Notes: a model not told the origin generated them from the letters alone. DNA of 41,061 bases from a virus (IMGVR_UViG_2770939580_000003:1-41061); one strand, 5' to 3'. Shown: positions 1 through 8,674, counted from the stretch's first letter. Numbers and translations are program-made.

Positions 1-219
1 TTACTGCTCTTCATTTAATTCACTTGGTTGATAAACAATGATGGCTGTATACTGTATCTCGTTAGTGCCTGGATGAGTTACAGTGCCCATTTCAATCCCG
101 CATACAAACATCAATGGGTAGGTGCTTAGCCATGTATTCATCATTCGTTCCAACTCAGCTGATATGGACGACTCAAACATTTTCACAGCCAGATCAGAAG
201 CATAGTTATTTACCTGCAT
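1..219 (-). CDS. small protein, Cse60/DUF2758-like
   Basis: 72-aa ORF overlapping the upstream gene by 10 nt; pattern VKMF..ELE..MN.WL....V..I.....YTAIIVY resembles the DUF2758 (Cse60) fold from memory. Confidence 0.4.
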   Translation of the reverse strand: MQVNNYASDLAVKMFESSISAELERMMNTWLSTYPLMFVCGIEMGTVTHPGTNEIQYTAIIVYQPSELNEEQ

Positions 220-650
220 GGCGTGTCATCCAGTACGGTGTTACAGGCTTCATCTCCATCATTTGATAAAGCTATTTTTTCATTGCTATCCGCAACCAAG
301 GACTCTTCTTCCTTCTTCTCATCAATGAGCTTGTTGAACTCTTCTTCGCTTAATTCAAACAGTTCCAGTTCAAATGCAGTTGTAAGAATATAACCCATAC
401 CATCGGTTAAATGAACATTAAAATACGTTTGTGGTTGTTCACTGAAATCCCCATCCTCATAGTTGAAACCAATGACGGCCTTTTCATAGCCAGCTACAAT
501 ACCTGCAAACCAAACGTTCGCTTTGGTCGTTGCTCCGGTAGGTGTTTGAACCTCATGAATATTAGTCGGTGCATGAACATACTTGCCAATCATACTTGCT
601 ACGATGGCTTCGGTTAATGTATCTGATTTTGCTTTAATAATTTGTGTCAT
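210..650 (-). CDS. hypothetical protein
   Basis: 146-aa ORF with GAGAGG RBS and an upstream ECF-type promoter motif (697-726); no family recognised. Confidence 0.75.
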   Translation of the reverse strand: MTQIIKAKSDTLTEAIVASMIGKYVHAPTNIHEVQTPTGATTKANVWFAGIVAGYEKAVIGFNYEDGDFSEQPQTYFNVHLTDGMGYILTTAFELELFELSEEEFNKLIDEKKEEESLVADSNEKIALSNDGDEACNTVLDDTPCR

Positions 651-696
651 GAGTACATTCCTCTCTTATCTTATTGGCGGTTCTTTGTGTTATAAG

Positions 697-726
697 CTCT
701 ATACGTAGAATTTCCTACAAAGTTAA
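697..726 (-). promoter_or_regulatory. ECF-type promoter motif TTAAC-N16-CGTATAG
   Basis: minus strand TTAAC TTTGTAGGAAATTCTA CGTATAGAG, about 50 nt upstream of the ATG at 650. Confidence 0.75.
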
Positions 727-747
727 GAGTGGGGTTCGAGACTGAAT

Positions 748-1107
748 CTAACTCTGACTTATTAGCATATAATGTTTCTGCATATGCTGGATGGCGCTGC
801 TCAATTCCACGACTTGTTTTGAAACAAATGAATCTATTAATGGCTCACTAGCTTGAACTCCCACACCCAGAATGAATTTATGTTGTTTGAATGCTTGATG
901 CATTACAACCACTTCCGTACACGAAAAGCCAGTCCTCTGGAGATTAACTAGAACAACATCCGCCTGATCAACCATCTTATCAACGATCAAGGCATACTCC
1001 CTGCCACTCAAGCTCGAAGAAGCTGAAGTATCAGGAAATGCCCAAGCAATCTCAGGAATATTCACAACGTCCTCCATCCGAAATCCCAATACTATAACAC
1101 TAAGCAT
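748..1107 (-). CDS. nucleoside 2-deoxyribosyltransferase-like (Rossmannoid) protein, probably degenerate
   Basis: start moved to ATG 1107 (GGAG RBS 9 nt upstream); motif ADVVLVNL...G...HQAFKQHKFILGV resembles NDT-like folds. Confidence 0.5.
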   Translation of the reverse strand: MLSVIVLGFRMEDVVNIPEIAWAFPDTSASSSLSGREYALIVDKMVDQADVVLVNLQRTGFSCTEVVVMHQAFKQHKFILGVGVQASEPLIDSFVSKQVVELSSAIQHMQKHYMLISQS

Positions 1108-1144
1108 GCTATATCGCTCCAATCTTTGCACAATGATACATTTT

Positions 1145-1172
1145 CTATACGAAATAAAAAACACCCTGTTAA
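1145..1172 (-). promoter_or_regulatory. ECF-type promoter motif TTAAC-N16-CGTATAG
   Basis: TTAAC AGGGTGTTTTTTATTT CGTATAG; the -35 element lies in the loop of terminator 1156-1179. Confidence 0.75.
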
Positions 1173-1179
1173 GGGTGTT
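1156..1179 (-). terminator. intrinsic terminator downstream of the sigma gene
   Basis: AACACCCT-TAAC-AGGGTGTT followed by TTTT. Confidence 0.8.
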
Positions 1180-1270
1180 GCTTGCTCATATGAAATATAT
1201 GTAGGTGTTCAATCTAAGGTTATTATTCCGTAAGGCTATGCAATCTAGGCTATTAATTGCCACTATGTAA

Positions 1271-1834
1271 TTAAAGCGCTTCGTATTTAATGCGAATCCC
1301 CTTCCATATTTGTGATATCCTCGCCTTGGATACCCCCATCAATGCTGCAATTTCTACAAATTCATACCCTGACGTTCGAAGTTTAAAAATCTCTTTCTCA
1401 CGTTCATTCATGCCCATATTTTCCATGATATCGGTAAGAAATTCGAAGTTCTCATAAGCAAATCCGGTATGCCCCAACACCAGAGCCATATCTCCCCCAT
1501 CACCTTCATCTCCACCATGATCCGTGGTTATAATCTGTGCCGCATTCACCACACTAAGGTTTTTCTCAGATGTACATTTACGATACATATCCTTGATTTT
1601 ATTATCAATTAAGTGATCTACAAAGGTTGACATTTTGGCTTTATCAGCATCGTACTTCTCTAACGAATGAACCAGTTTGATCAAAATTTCTTGAGTAACA
1701 TCCTCTTTCTCCATTCCAGCGAACGTTTTCCCTCGCAGCTTGTGACGACATTTCTCCTGTGCTTTGTTCAGGAACATATCAATATCCCCTATTTCAAATA
1801 AAGCATCAAACCCCATAGCAGTTGTAGCTGACAT
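1271..1834 (-). CDS. sigma-70 family RNA polymerase sigma factor (ECF/SigH-like, regions 2 and 4 only)
   Basis: region 2 EDVTQEILIKLVHSLEKYDADKAKMSTFVDHLIDNKIKD; region 4 HTH MNEREKEIFKLRTSGYEFVEIAALMGVSKARISQI; GGAGG RBS. Confidence 0.9.
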   Translation of the reverse strand: MSATTAMGFDALFEIGDIDMFLNKAQEKCRHKLRGKTFAGMEKEDVTQEILIKLVHSLEKYDADKAKMSTFVDHLIDNKIKDMYRKCTSEKNLSVVNAAQIITTDHGGDEGDGGDMALVLGHTGFAYENFEFLTDIMENMGMNEREKEIFKLRTSGYEFVEIAALMGVSKARISQIWKGIRIKYEAL

Positions 1835-2110
1835 TATATTTCTCCTCCAGTAACAAAATAATGATCAGAACATAAACTCGTTTTACCAATCTTCCTTCGG
1901 CAACCTAAAAAGATCTTCCCTGCTTCTACTGAACATATGTAGTTATTGCTACTCCTTAAAGTCAGGTCATGTCTAATCTAACAGCACTTGAATACAACCT
2001 TCGTTTGATCCGCCTCCCTCTGTCATGAAGTTACATTAAGGATAACAAATACGAACTAATGTTCGCAACTTATTTTTACTTGTGTATCTCTCAGTCTCTT
2101 TTACACTCTT

Positions 2111-2137
2111 TATACGAAATAAGATGTGTAAGGTAAA
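2111..2137 (-). promoter_or_regulatory. ECF-type promoter motif, variant TTTAC-N16-CGTATA (possible autoregulation)
   Basis: TTTAC CTTACACATCTTATTT CGTATA, about 280 nt upstream of the sigma ATG; one mismatch in -35. Confidence 0.5.
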
Positions 2138-2150
2138 GAGCTCCAGAATA

Positions 2151-2215
2151 AAACTAAAAAGACCAACACAGAGCGCACCACTGGAAAATACCAAAATGGT
2201 GGAATGTGTCGGTCT
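2151..2215 (-). terminator. long hairpin plus U-tract in the sigma gene leader (attenuator-like)
   Basis: AGACCGACACA pairs with TGTGTTGGTCT; inner CACCA/TGGTG stem; followed by TTTTAGTTTT. Confidence 0.6.
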
Positions 2216-2322
2216 TGGTCTGACTTCATATTTCGTTCCAATTACCGAGAGTATGGTCTTCATCGCATAAAAAGAATACAGGCTTCATCAAGATTATTAA
2301 TCTATCCAATCGCCATAAGGGT

Positions 2323-2352
2323 AGTATAAGGAAATATGTAGGATAATGTCAA
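2323..2352 (-). promoter_or_regulatory. SigA-type promoter TTGACA-N18-TATACT
   Basis: perfect -35 (2347-2352), 5/6 -10 (2323-2328), T-rich upstream tract. Confidence 0.75.
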
Positions 2353-2407
2353 CAAAAAAATGGTTCCCTAGTACCTGATTGCGATTATTTGAGCAACCTT
2401 GTAGTTC

Positions 2408-2824
2408 TCAGGGCATGTTTATCTCATCGTTTTTCAGCAAAACCTCAATATCTTTATTCATTTTGAAAACCGTCACTTGCTCCGTAAACTCAGGGCCAAA
2501 GAACGTCGTTTCGACTTCTTCAATGCTTAACCCCATATGAATAAAGGAGAAGACAGGATTGAAATTTTCCTTCATCATGAGCGCAAGCTTCATTTTATAA
2601 TCAGCGAAAACTTCGCTTTCATGTGAATGCATATGCTCCAGCATGAAGGTCTCCGGCTTGGTGAATTTTGCTGTAAACTTCAAGATGATGAAATGGTTCA
2701 TGATGGAAACCCTGGTGTCTACCGGCCCGCGTTCTGTAATGTTTTTTCTAACTCTCGATGTAAGTTTGGCGAGCTCTCTTTCCAAGTCCTTTATTTCAAT
2801 GTTTCCATCCCCCCCTTGCCTCAA
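2408..2824 (-). CDS. DUF2294 / MpsC-family protein
   Basis: motif KNITERGPVDTRVSIMNHFIILKFTAKFTKPE typical of DUF2294; start codon uncertain (TTG). Confidence 0.75.
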   Translation of the reverse strand: MRQGGDGNIEIKDLERELAKLTSRVRKNITERGPVDTRVSIMNHFIILKFTAKFTKPETFMLEHMHSHESEVFADYKMKLALMMKENFNPVFSFIHMGLSIEEVETTFFGPEFTEQVTVFKMNKDIEVLLKNDEINMP

Positions 2825-2939
2825 CTCCCGGCCTTGTACTGCCCCGAATACATGAATTCAACCTAATTTAATCAAAAGTCGTTATACAAGACAAGTTTCC
2901 TGTAAAATCATTAAACCAGCATCCACTCATCTTTAGATG

Positions 2940-2981
2940 AAAAAGGAATAGCCCCCAGATCTAGGCTGAGTTCTATCCCTT
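2940..2981 (-). terminator. two-part hairpin plus U-tract
   Basis: AAGGGATAG-AA-CTCAG-loop-CTGGG-GG-CTATTCCTT-TTT. Confidence 0.65.
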
Positions 2982-2999
2982 CTACATATGATTATTGTG

Positions 3000-3191
3000 T
3001 TATACGTCTCCTGAATCTTCCAGTTTCAATAAACTAAATGCTACCAGATGGAGAGCAGCCTGAGGACCATACTCGTGTTCAATCTGTTCCATTGCTTCTT
3101 CTGTTGCTCCCACCAGATCCTCCTTATCCGAAATCATTTCGGTGGTCACAATCTGCTCCTTATTCAGTGCGAAGGTCAGTCTGTACAGCAT
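3000..3191 (-). CDS. small hypothetical protein (63 aa)
   Basis: start moved to ATG 3191 with GGAGGTG RBS; overlaps the upstream gene. Confidence 0.7.
   Translation of the reverse strand: MLYRLTFALNKEQIVTTEMISDKEDLVGATEEAMEQIEHEYGPQAALHLVAFSLLKLEDSGDV
3001..3028 (-). promoter_or_regulatory. ECF-type promoter motif TGAAAC-N16-CGTATA (exact SigW consensus)
   Basis: TGAAAC TGGAAGATTCAGGAGA CGTATAA in the last codons of the 63-aa gene. Confidence 0.6.
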
Positions 3192-3483
3192 CAGTTTCCA
3201 CCTCCCTGGAGACCAGCTCAATATTCCGAATATCCGTCAAATCAATGATATGTACCATTTCAGTAGTATCTTCAAGCGTAATCGATTTACCTTCATTTTT
3301 ATGTTTAGTAAACAAACGACGGTACTCCTGCTTCACTTCATCTGCAGTTAGTGGAATTTCTCGAATGACCTTATCTGAATCCTTTTCTTTCTGTTGCAGT
3401 CGGGGATTATCCTCAATCCAGATAATTGATTTCTTTTTCCCGCTGCCTTTGAAATAAAAATGCGCTGTTAGTTCAATGTTCAT
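3160..3483 (-). CDS. hypothetical protein (107 aa)
   Basis: start moved to ATG 3483 with GAGGAGG RBS; upstream ECF-type motif. Confidence 0.75.
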   Translation of the reverse strand: MNIELTAHFYFKGSGKKKSIIWIEDNPRLQQKEKDSDKVIREIPLTADEVKQEYRRLFTKHKNEGKSITLEDTTEMVHIIDLTDIRNIELVSREVETDAVQTDLRTE

Positions 3484-3510
3484 TCTGTAATTCCTCCTCT
3501 TCACTACTCC

Positions 3511-3540
3511 CTCTATACGTAGAGCTCAAAATAAGGTTAA
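3511..3540 (-). promoter_or_regulatory. ECF-type promoter motif TTAAC-N16-CGTATAG
   Basis: TTAAC CTTATTTTGAGCTCTA CGTATAGAG; shares 13 nt (TCTACGTATAGAG) with the 697 site. Confidence 0.78.
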
Positions 3541-3544
3541 TAAG

Positions 3545-3569
3545 AAAAAGGATAGTTTGGACTATCCTT
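3545..3569 (-). terminator. intrinsic terminator ending the structural operon
   Basis: AAGGATAGT-CCAA-ACTATCCTT-TTT overlapping the stop codon at 3562. Confidence 0.8.
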
Positions 3570-4482
3570 GATATTTCTTTACAGCAATTCGATTCCCTAG
3601 TGAATCGTATATATAGCTAAATTTAGTCTGCATCGGCGTGGTTCCCATGGCGGTTATGGACTTGGCAACCATTCGGCCCTCCGTATCATATTGATAGATA
3701 ACATCTAGCAACCCCGGCAACTGAACAAACGCCTTACCATCAAATCGGTAAACCTCACCAACGGGAATGACCATTAATGAATCATTCTCTGCATAATCAT
3801 CTGTAGACGGTGGCAAAGTCCAAACCGGCTCTCTGACGGACTGCTCCGTGTAGTTGTCCGTGACCACTTGTCTTATAATTCTCCCCTGCTCGTCAAAAGC
3901 AAAATAAGTAAAAACATCTGCGTAATCCACTAAATCGCTATAAACTTCCCATGAATCTATGGAGCGAAGTTTGCTGCGCTCCTCTCTGGTCATGCTCACA
4001 TGATCCTTGCCATCAACAATCATATCAGCACTATGGATATCGGGATGTATATAGTGATTGGCGCTAGGCTCTATATTGGAGAGTTTTATTCGTTCTTCTC
4101 GAGTCATAACAACTCTAATGTTACCATCAGTCAACATATCAGCATCATGCGTATCTGGATGAGTATAAACCACTGTTTTGGTTCCGTTAAGAATGATGGC
4201 TCCATTTTCTGTATGATTAGATAACCGATCCCCACCAGCTTTAACATAAGCGAGACCATCATAAGTATATAGTGTTGGTTCATTTTGATTCCCAATGTCC
4301 TTTTGTACCATATACACTCGTCCATTATCACCTTTGGTTGGAAGCTCAGACTTTAACTTAACCGAAGCTACATTACCGATAGAAAGTGCTTCCATTCTGT
4401 TATCCAAAGTCATATAAGAATCTCTGGCTTCTCTGACTTCACGTTCTACTTTTGCGGCTTTGCTGTAAGAAACAATATCCAC
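3562..4482 (-). CDS. tail fibre-like minor tail protein with tandem HPxxH repeats and C-terminal YD-like hairpins
   Basis: EVREARDSYMTLDNRM motif; duplicated Y(T/I)HPD(T/I)H.ADM..DG....MTREER.KL; YQYDTEGR / YIYDSLGNR. Confidence 0.6.
   Translation of the reverse strand: MDIVSYSKAAKVEREVREARDSYMTLDNRMEALSIGNVASVKLKSELPTKGDNGRVYMVQKDIGNQNEPTLYTYDGLAYVKAGGDRLSNHTENGAIILNGTKTVVYTHPDTHDADMLTDGNIRVVMTREERIKLSNIEPSANHYIHPDIHSADMIVDGKDHVSMTREERSKLRSIDSWEVYSDLVDYADVFTYFAFDEQGRIIRQVVTDNYTEQSVREPVWTLPPSTDDYAENDSLMVIPVGEVYRFDGKAFVQLPGLLDVIYQYDTEGRMVAKSITAMGTTPMQTKFSYIYDSLGNRIAVKKYQG
3955..4167 (-). repeat. in-frame tandem duplication, period 114 nt (38 aa)
   Basis: copies start at 4167 and 4053 (YTHPDTHDADM... 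/ YIHPDIHSADM...). Confidence 0.85.
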
Positions 4483-4496
4483 GGAATTCCTCCTTT

Positions 4497-4892
4497 CTAC
4501 CTTGTCGTCAGACCAGTGACCTCTATATCGAAGTGCGATACATCTGTTCCTAAATTTTTCAACGACATATGAAGTGTCGAAGTTTCGTCTATGTCCGCGT
4601 ATGGAAGATCAATCATGTCATAGATACCCTCTATGAAATTCCCCGTAGAATACTGAGCATTGTTAAAATAAAGTACATCGGGGCTTGGTCCAGCACTGTT
4701 TAAAACTTGAACTTCTACATTGGTTTCCCTCGTTGGAACAACCCTGATCGTTTTGATCATAAATCGAGGGTGCTCCATAGGAATATGGATAAACGCCTTT
4801 GCTCCTCCATCAACATGCTCTACTTTTTGTACAAATGAAACGGGTAGCAGCACTTTTCTCATCTCCTCCATTAGCTCCCAGCTTCGATTCAA
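4497..4892 (-). CDS. small beta-rich hypothetical tail-associated protein
   Basis: 131-aa ORF coupled to its neighbours within the tail operon. Confidence 0.7.
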   Translation of the reverse strand: MNRSWELMEEMRKVLLPVSFVQKVEHVDGGAKAFIHIPMEHPRFMIKTIRVVPTRETNVEVQVLNSAGPSPDVLYFNNAQYSTGNFIEGIYDMIDLPYADIDETSTLHMSLKNLGTDVSHFDIEVTGLTTR

Positions 4893-5455
4893 GTTCCTTC
4901 CCTCCTAACAGGAATATGTGTATCCGGATAACGGCGCGGACGCAGATGCTTCATTGATCCGATCCCGCTACCATCATAGGACCAATCCCCCCATGTTTTG
5001 CCCTGCAATGCCACTTGCCTAACAGGTATTTTGACTTTAATGCACCAGTCCATGCCTGGATCATTCTGCTTCACTTTTACACCTTTTATCGCATTTCTAA
5101 TTACGCCTGTACCACTCGATTTAGTCGGTATTCTTTCGAGTAATATTTTGTTATTCTCGATAGCGCTTCCCGTCACTGTTCTCATGCCGTGTGCATACTG
5201 ATCAGAAACGTATCCAATTAACGGGTCCTCATGTGTGTCCATCACTCTCCATGTGCCCCACCGATAGTTATCTGAGGATATAGCTTTGGTGAACAGATTG
5301 CCTACAGAAGTTATGATCTCTTTGCCCTCATAAGCCGATGGAGCAGATTCCAGATCGTAACCGTTCTGGTACAAGTCCTCTGACTTACTTAGTGTGAATA
5401 GAGTACCACTTGCGGCAGGACCTGCGATTTTCCCCTCAAGCACACTCATGTCCAT
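4889..5455 (-). CDS. hypothetical tail-associated protein
   Basis: 188-aa ORF; 4-nt overlap with the downstream gene. Confidence 0.7.
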   Translation of the reverse strand: MDMSVLEGKIAGPAASGTLFTLSKSEDLYQNGYDLESAPSAYEGKEIITSVGNLFTKAISSDNYRWGTWRVMDTHEDPLIGYVSDQYAHGMRTVTGSAIENNKILLERIPTKSSGTGVIRNAIKGVKVKQNDPGMDWCIKVKIPVRQVALQGKTWGDWSYDGSGIGSMKHLRPRRYPDTHIPVRREGT

Positions 5456-5462
5456 TCACCGC

Positions 5463-6254
5463 CTAATCCATTAGAACTGAAACAGTGGCACCTGATAAGA
5501 AACTTTGACCACCAATAGACAGAGAATATACTTTATAGGTTTTAGTCCCTACCTTTATCTCATCCCCATGCGATACTCCCGCTGAAGGAACAGTAAAAAT
5601 ATCAATAAGCTCGCCCCTAGGACCTTCAACACCATTACACATAATCACTGGAGCCATATGATAGAGTGAACCCCAACCCGGGTTGACCGGCAGCATTACA
5701 GAATATGCATCATAGATGTTGTTCACCATTCGTTTATCTTTATCTCTTAACGTCTGTATGCCATTGTCACCGTTATAACTTAGCCCTACCCCTAGACTGG
5801 AGGAATCACTTTCTGCTGCATAACGATTCAGAATACCAAAATATCCAAGATTAGAAATACCAGTAACCGAGTTCACATCCCCCTGCAAATAGATAATGAT
5901 ACGATTCGGTTGCACTGAGACGTGATAATCAATTAAGAGATTTGTATCCACAGCTCTGGTATGACATAGAAAATCCTTTTTAATCTCTGATTTCCCGGCA
6001 GGAACGCTGCCATCCGATGCTACAACATCCTCTAACACACTGATAGTCAATTTATTTCCTGTCGTTTCTTTCGTATTTCCAACTTCAAGTCTAAAGAATA
6101 ACTTATCTGAACCGCTTGTTCCAACGGATTTCAAAATGATTGCACTAGCCCTTTCATAGTAAACAGACCACGGTGAGCCCGTAATCGTTTTAAAGCCTTG
6201 AACAATATTTGCAAATAACTCATTCATTTTTACCTTGCCCGCAAAATTCGCCAT
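5463..6254 (-). CDS. EGxRG-family structural protein, paralogue 5
   Basis: start ATG 6254 (GGAGGTG RBS); C-terminal APVIMCNGVEGPRGELIDIF..HGDEI shared with four other ORFs. Confidence 0.75.
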   Translation of the reverse strand: MANFAGKVKMNELFANIVQGFKTITGSPWSVYYERASAIILKSVGTSGSDKLFFRLEVGNTKETTGNKLTISVLEDVVASDGSVPAGKSEIKKDFLCHTRAVDTNLLIDYHVSVQPNRIIIYLQGDVNSVTGISNLGYFGILNRYAAESDSSSLGVGLSYNGDNGIQTLRDKDKRMVNNIYDAYSVMLPVNPGWGSLYHMAPVIMCNGVEGPRGELIDIFTVPSAGVSHGDEIKVGTKTYKVYSLSIGGQSFLSGATVSVLMD

Positions 6255-6269
6255 TTGTATCAACACCTC

Positions 6270-7223
6270 CTATATTTGAAAAAGCAATGCTCTCTGTCCT
6301 CCACCAAGCAGCTTGGCGCCATGGAAAAACTTAGGTCTCCCATAGACCGGTACCTGGTTCGTATTGTAATAATATCGACCGGTATCTGCATTGGGGTAGT
6401 CCTGATCCATAACATGGAATACATAATATTTCCCGTCTTGTCCCAAATCGAGAATAGATCCGTCCGGGTGCTGCACACTGTTTTTAAATACAATAGAACG
6501 TATGCCTTTGAGTTCTCCTCTTGCACCCTCTAATGGATGATAGACCATAAAAGGCGTGACATAATACCTGGAACCAACACCTGGAGAAGGAATAGATTCT
6601 GTGCCAAAGTTGTAAAGAGTGTATTCAGTACCATTCCGCGAGGCCATCACTACACCTCTTGGTGTATCATATTGATCGGCAGCGTTGTTATCTGAATAGG
6701 CAAAAGGCATATGTGGGAATACACCGTAAAATTTACTCGCAATAGCCGGATCCTCCTTTTCTATCGCTTCGCATTTGCCCAGGAAAATCCGAACGGGATA
6801 CGCTCTTTCAGGATAATTCAAGCTCTCCCCATGAATGAACACCATATCCTCATTTGTAATGACGGACCACTTGTAATTCACGTTGTACTGACCATTATGG
6901 CACATGAAGGGCGTTTCCAATAAAAATTTATCGATATCCGCAGGAGGATTTATAAATAGATCAGGCAAAGCAACACTGCCCCCTTGATTTTTCAGTCCCC
7001 AACGAACATTCACACCTCTGGCATGAGCCACCACACACATCGTAAACCGCATATATGAACTTTTCGTATTCGTTAATAGAACGTTTCCCCAATTCGCATA
7101 AGTCGTTTCGGCTGTATATAAAGTTTCCCAATACGGATCCAGTGCATTTTTAAGTGTGCTGGCCAGTGTCGTCGCAAAAACGCTCAAGGTGCAAGTAAAC
7201 TCGTATCTTCTGATCATCGTCAT
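6270..7223 (-). CDS. EGxRG-family structural protein, paralogue 4
   Basis: TPFMVYHPLEGARGELKGIR...PDGSILDLG. Confidence 0.75.
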   Translation of the reverse strand: MTMIRRYEFTCTLSVFATTLASTLKNALDPYWETLYTAETTYANWGNVLLTNTKSSYMRFTMCVVAHARGVNVRWGLKNQGGSVALPDLFINPPADIDKFLLETPFMCHNGQYNVNYKWSVITNEDMVFIHGESLNYPERAYPVRIFLGKCEAIEKEDPAIASKFYGVFPHMPFAYSDNNAADQYDTPRGVVMASRNGTEYTLYNFGTESIPSPGVGSRYYVTPFMVYHPLEGARGELKGIRSIVFKNSVQHPDGSILDLGQDGKYYVFHVMDQDYPNADTGRYYYNTNQVPVYGRPKFFHGAKLLGGGQRALLFQI

Positions 7224-7226
7224 CGA

Positions 7227-8309
7227 TCACACCTCCTTCTCTATTTCGAACAGCAGCACTCTTTGCCCACCACCGAGAAGAAGGGGAGAATCAAAGAAGT
7301 AAGGTTGGCCAGCGTATGCCGTACCATTCGTTGCATAGAATTGCTGATTAGCAGCAGGATGTGCTTGATTCAATGCATGAAAAATATAATATCTTTCATC
7401 TCCCAGATCTAATATCGACCCATCGGGATATTTGCTGGCATCACGGAGAACTGCAGTTCGTATACCGTGAAATTCCCCTCTTGCCCCCTCTGTCTCATGC
7501 CATACGTAAAATGGTGAGATAAAGAATCGGCCACCCACACCTGGTGAAGGAACCTGCGAACTTGTGGCAAAATGATATAACGCATTAGGTGTCCCATTTC
7601 GAGACGAACGCATGTATCCTCGTCCTGTCCGGAACTTTAACTCATCATCATTGTCAATCATGCCATGGGGAAAGTGTGAAAAAATCCCTACACTATCATC
7701 TGCAATCAACGGATCTTCTTCTTCAAATGCCTTAATCTTTCCTAAATACATTCGGAAGGGATAGGCCACATTCAGGTTGGTCTGAGGTTCACCGTAGATA
7801 AAGATATAATTCTCGGAGATAAACAAATTCCATTTCCAATAGACATTTACTGCTGTATGTACGCGTTGATAGTCTCCAGAATAAACAGAATTATAGTCCA
7901 TAGTGTGAAATGGGACTTCAGATATTGCACCAAGTTCCTTGTACAAATCAGGTATTATTGTTACTCCATTATTTTTTAGCCCTGTTCTTAAAACATAATT
8001 TTTTGAATATGCTCCCCGACTATTATCAGATGCATAAGTATAACTAGATGAATTCATAGAAATTGTGAAAAACAAATTAGAATCTCTTAAGTTTTTCGCG
8101 GTGATAGTTCCTTGATTAGCTATGCTGTTCAATCCAGTATTCCAAGATTTGGGCTGAGCATATGTATTAGTTGTACTATAAGTCCATTCCCAATGGATAT
8201 CTCCATACAAATCCTGTGTTACTGTATCATAGAATGTCTTGATAAACGTCGAACAATAGGAGTAAAACTCGTAACGACGCAAAGCGCCCAAAAGTATATT
8301 TTCAGCCAT
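7227..8309 (-). CDS. EGxRG-family structural protein, paralogue 3
   Basis: SPFYVWHETEGARGEFHGIR...PDGSILDLG; closely similar to 6270-7223, including the C-terminal LLGGGQR. Confidence 0.75.
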   Translation of the reverse strand: MAENILLGALRRYEFYSYCSTFIKTFYDTVTQDLYGDIHWEWTYSTTNTYAQPKSWNTGLNSIANQGTITAKNLRDSNLFFTISMNSSSYTYASDNSRGAYSKNYVLRTGLKNNGVTIIPDLYKELGAISEVPFHTMDYNSVYSGDYQRVHTAVNVYWKWNLFISENYIFIYGEPQTNLNVAYPFRMYLGKIKAFEEEDPLIADDSVGIFSHFPHGMIDNDDELKFRTGRGYMRSSRNGTPNALYHFATSSQVPSPGVGGRFFISPFYVWHETEGARGEFHGIRTAVLRDASKYPDGSILDLGDERYYIFHALNQAHPAANQQFYATNGTAYAGQPYFFDSPLLLGGGQRVLLFEIEKEV

Positions 8310-8320
8310 ACCCAGTCCCC

Positions 8321-8674
8321 CTATGCACCAAATCTCATTCTCATATCATTTAAAATATGTTCCTTGATTGCCGAGAGTAGAATAGCTTTGGTCATCTCAC
8401 TTCTCTCAACTAATTCATGATTTATCTCTTTTTTTTCCTCGTTGCCTAAGAATGTATCAACTGCTTGATCAGTCTCTGCGATTTCCTGAATCTCATGTAA
8501 TCCTTTTAATGAAGGCAAAAACTTATGCGCAACACTATCAAAAAGAATATGGCTTTCAAAAGCAAAAATCAGAGTCTCGATCTCTTCCGTACTAAATGGC
8601 TCTTCATGATTACCCACTAACTTATCCATAATGGCATGAAGTGCAAATTTTACATCCTGCACTGTTCTCGTCAT
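8321..8674 (-). CDS. acidic helical hypothetical protein (possible fibre chaperone)
   Basis: 117-aa ORF directly after a fibre-like gene; no hydrophobic segment; the chaperone role is inference from position. Confidence 0.6.
   Translation of the reverse strand: MTRTVQDVKFALHAIMDKLVGNHEEPFSTEEIETLIFAFESHILFDSVAHKFLPSLKGLHEIQEIAETDQAVDTFLGNEEKKEINHELVERSEMTKAILLSAIKEHILNDMRMRFGA

Noticed and set aside
1896-1902. Spo0A box TGCCGAA in the sigma leader
   Set aside because: A single short match is plausible by chance; I found no convincing SigE, SigK, SigF or SigG promoters
2036-2263. 75-aa hydrophobic ORF upstream of the sigma gene (possible anti-sigma or leader peptide)
   Set aside because: No RBS upstream, and it overlaps a terminator hairpin and a promoter motif; more likely non-coding leader
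8321-8674. Holin candidate by position
   Set aside because: Acidic soluble sequence with no transmembrane segment
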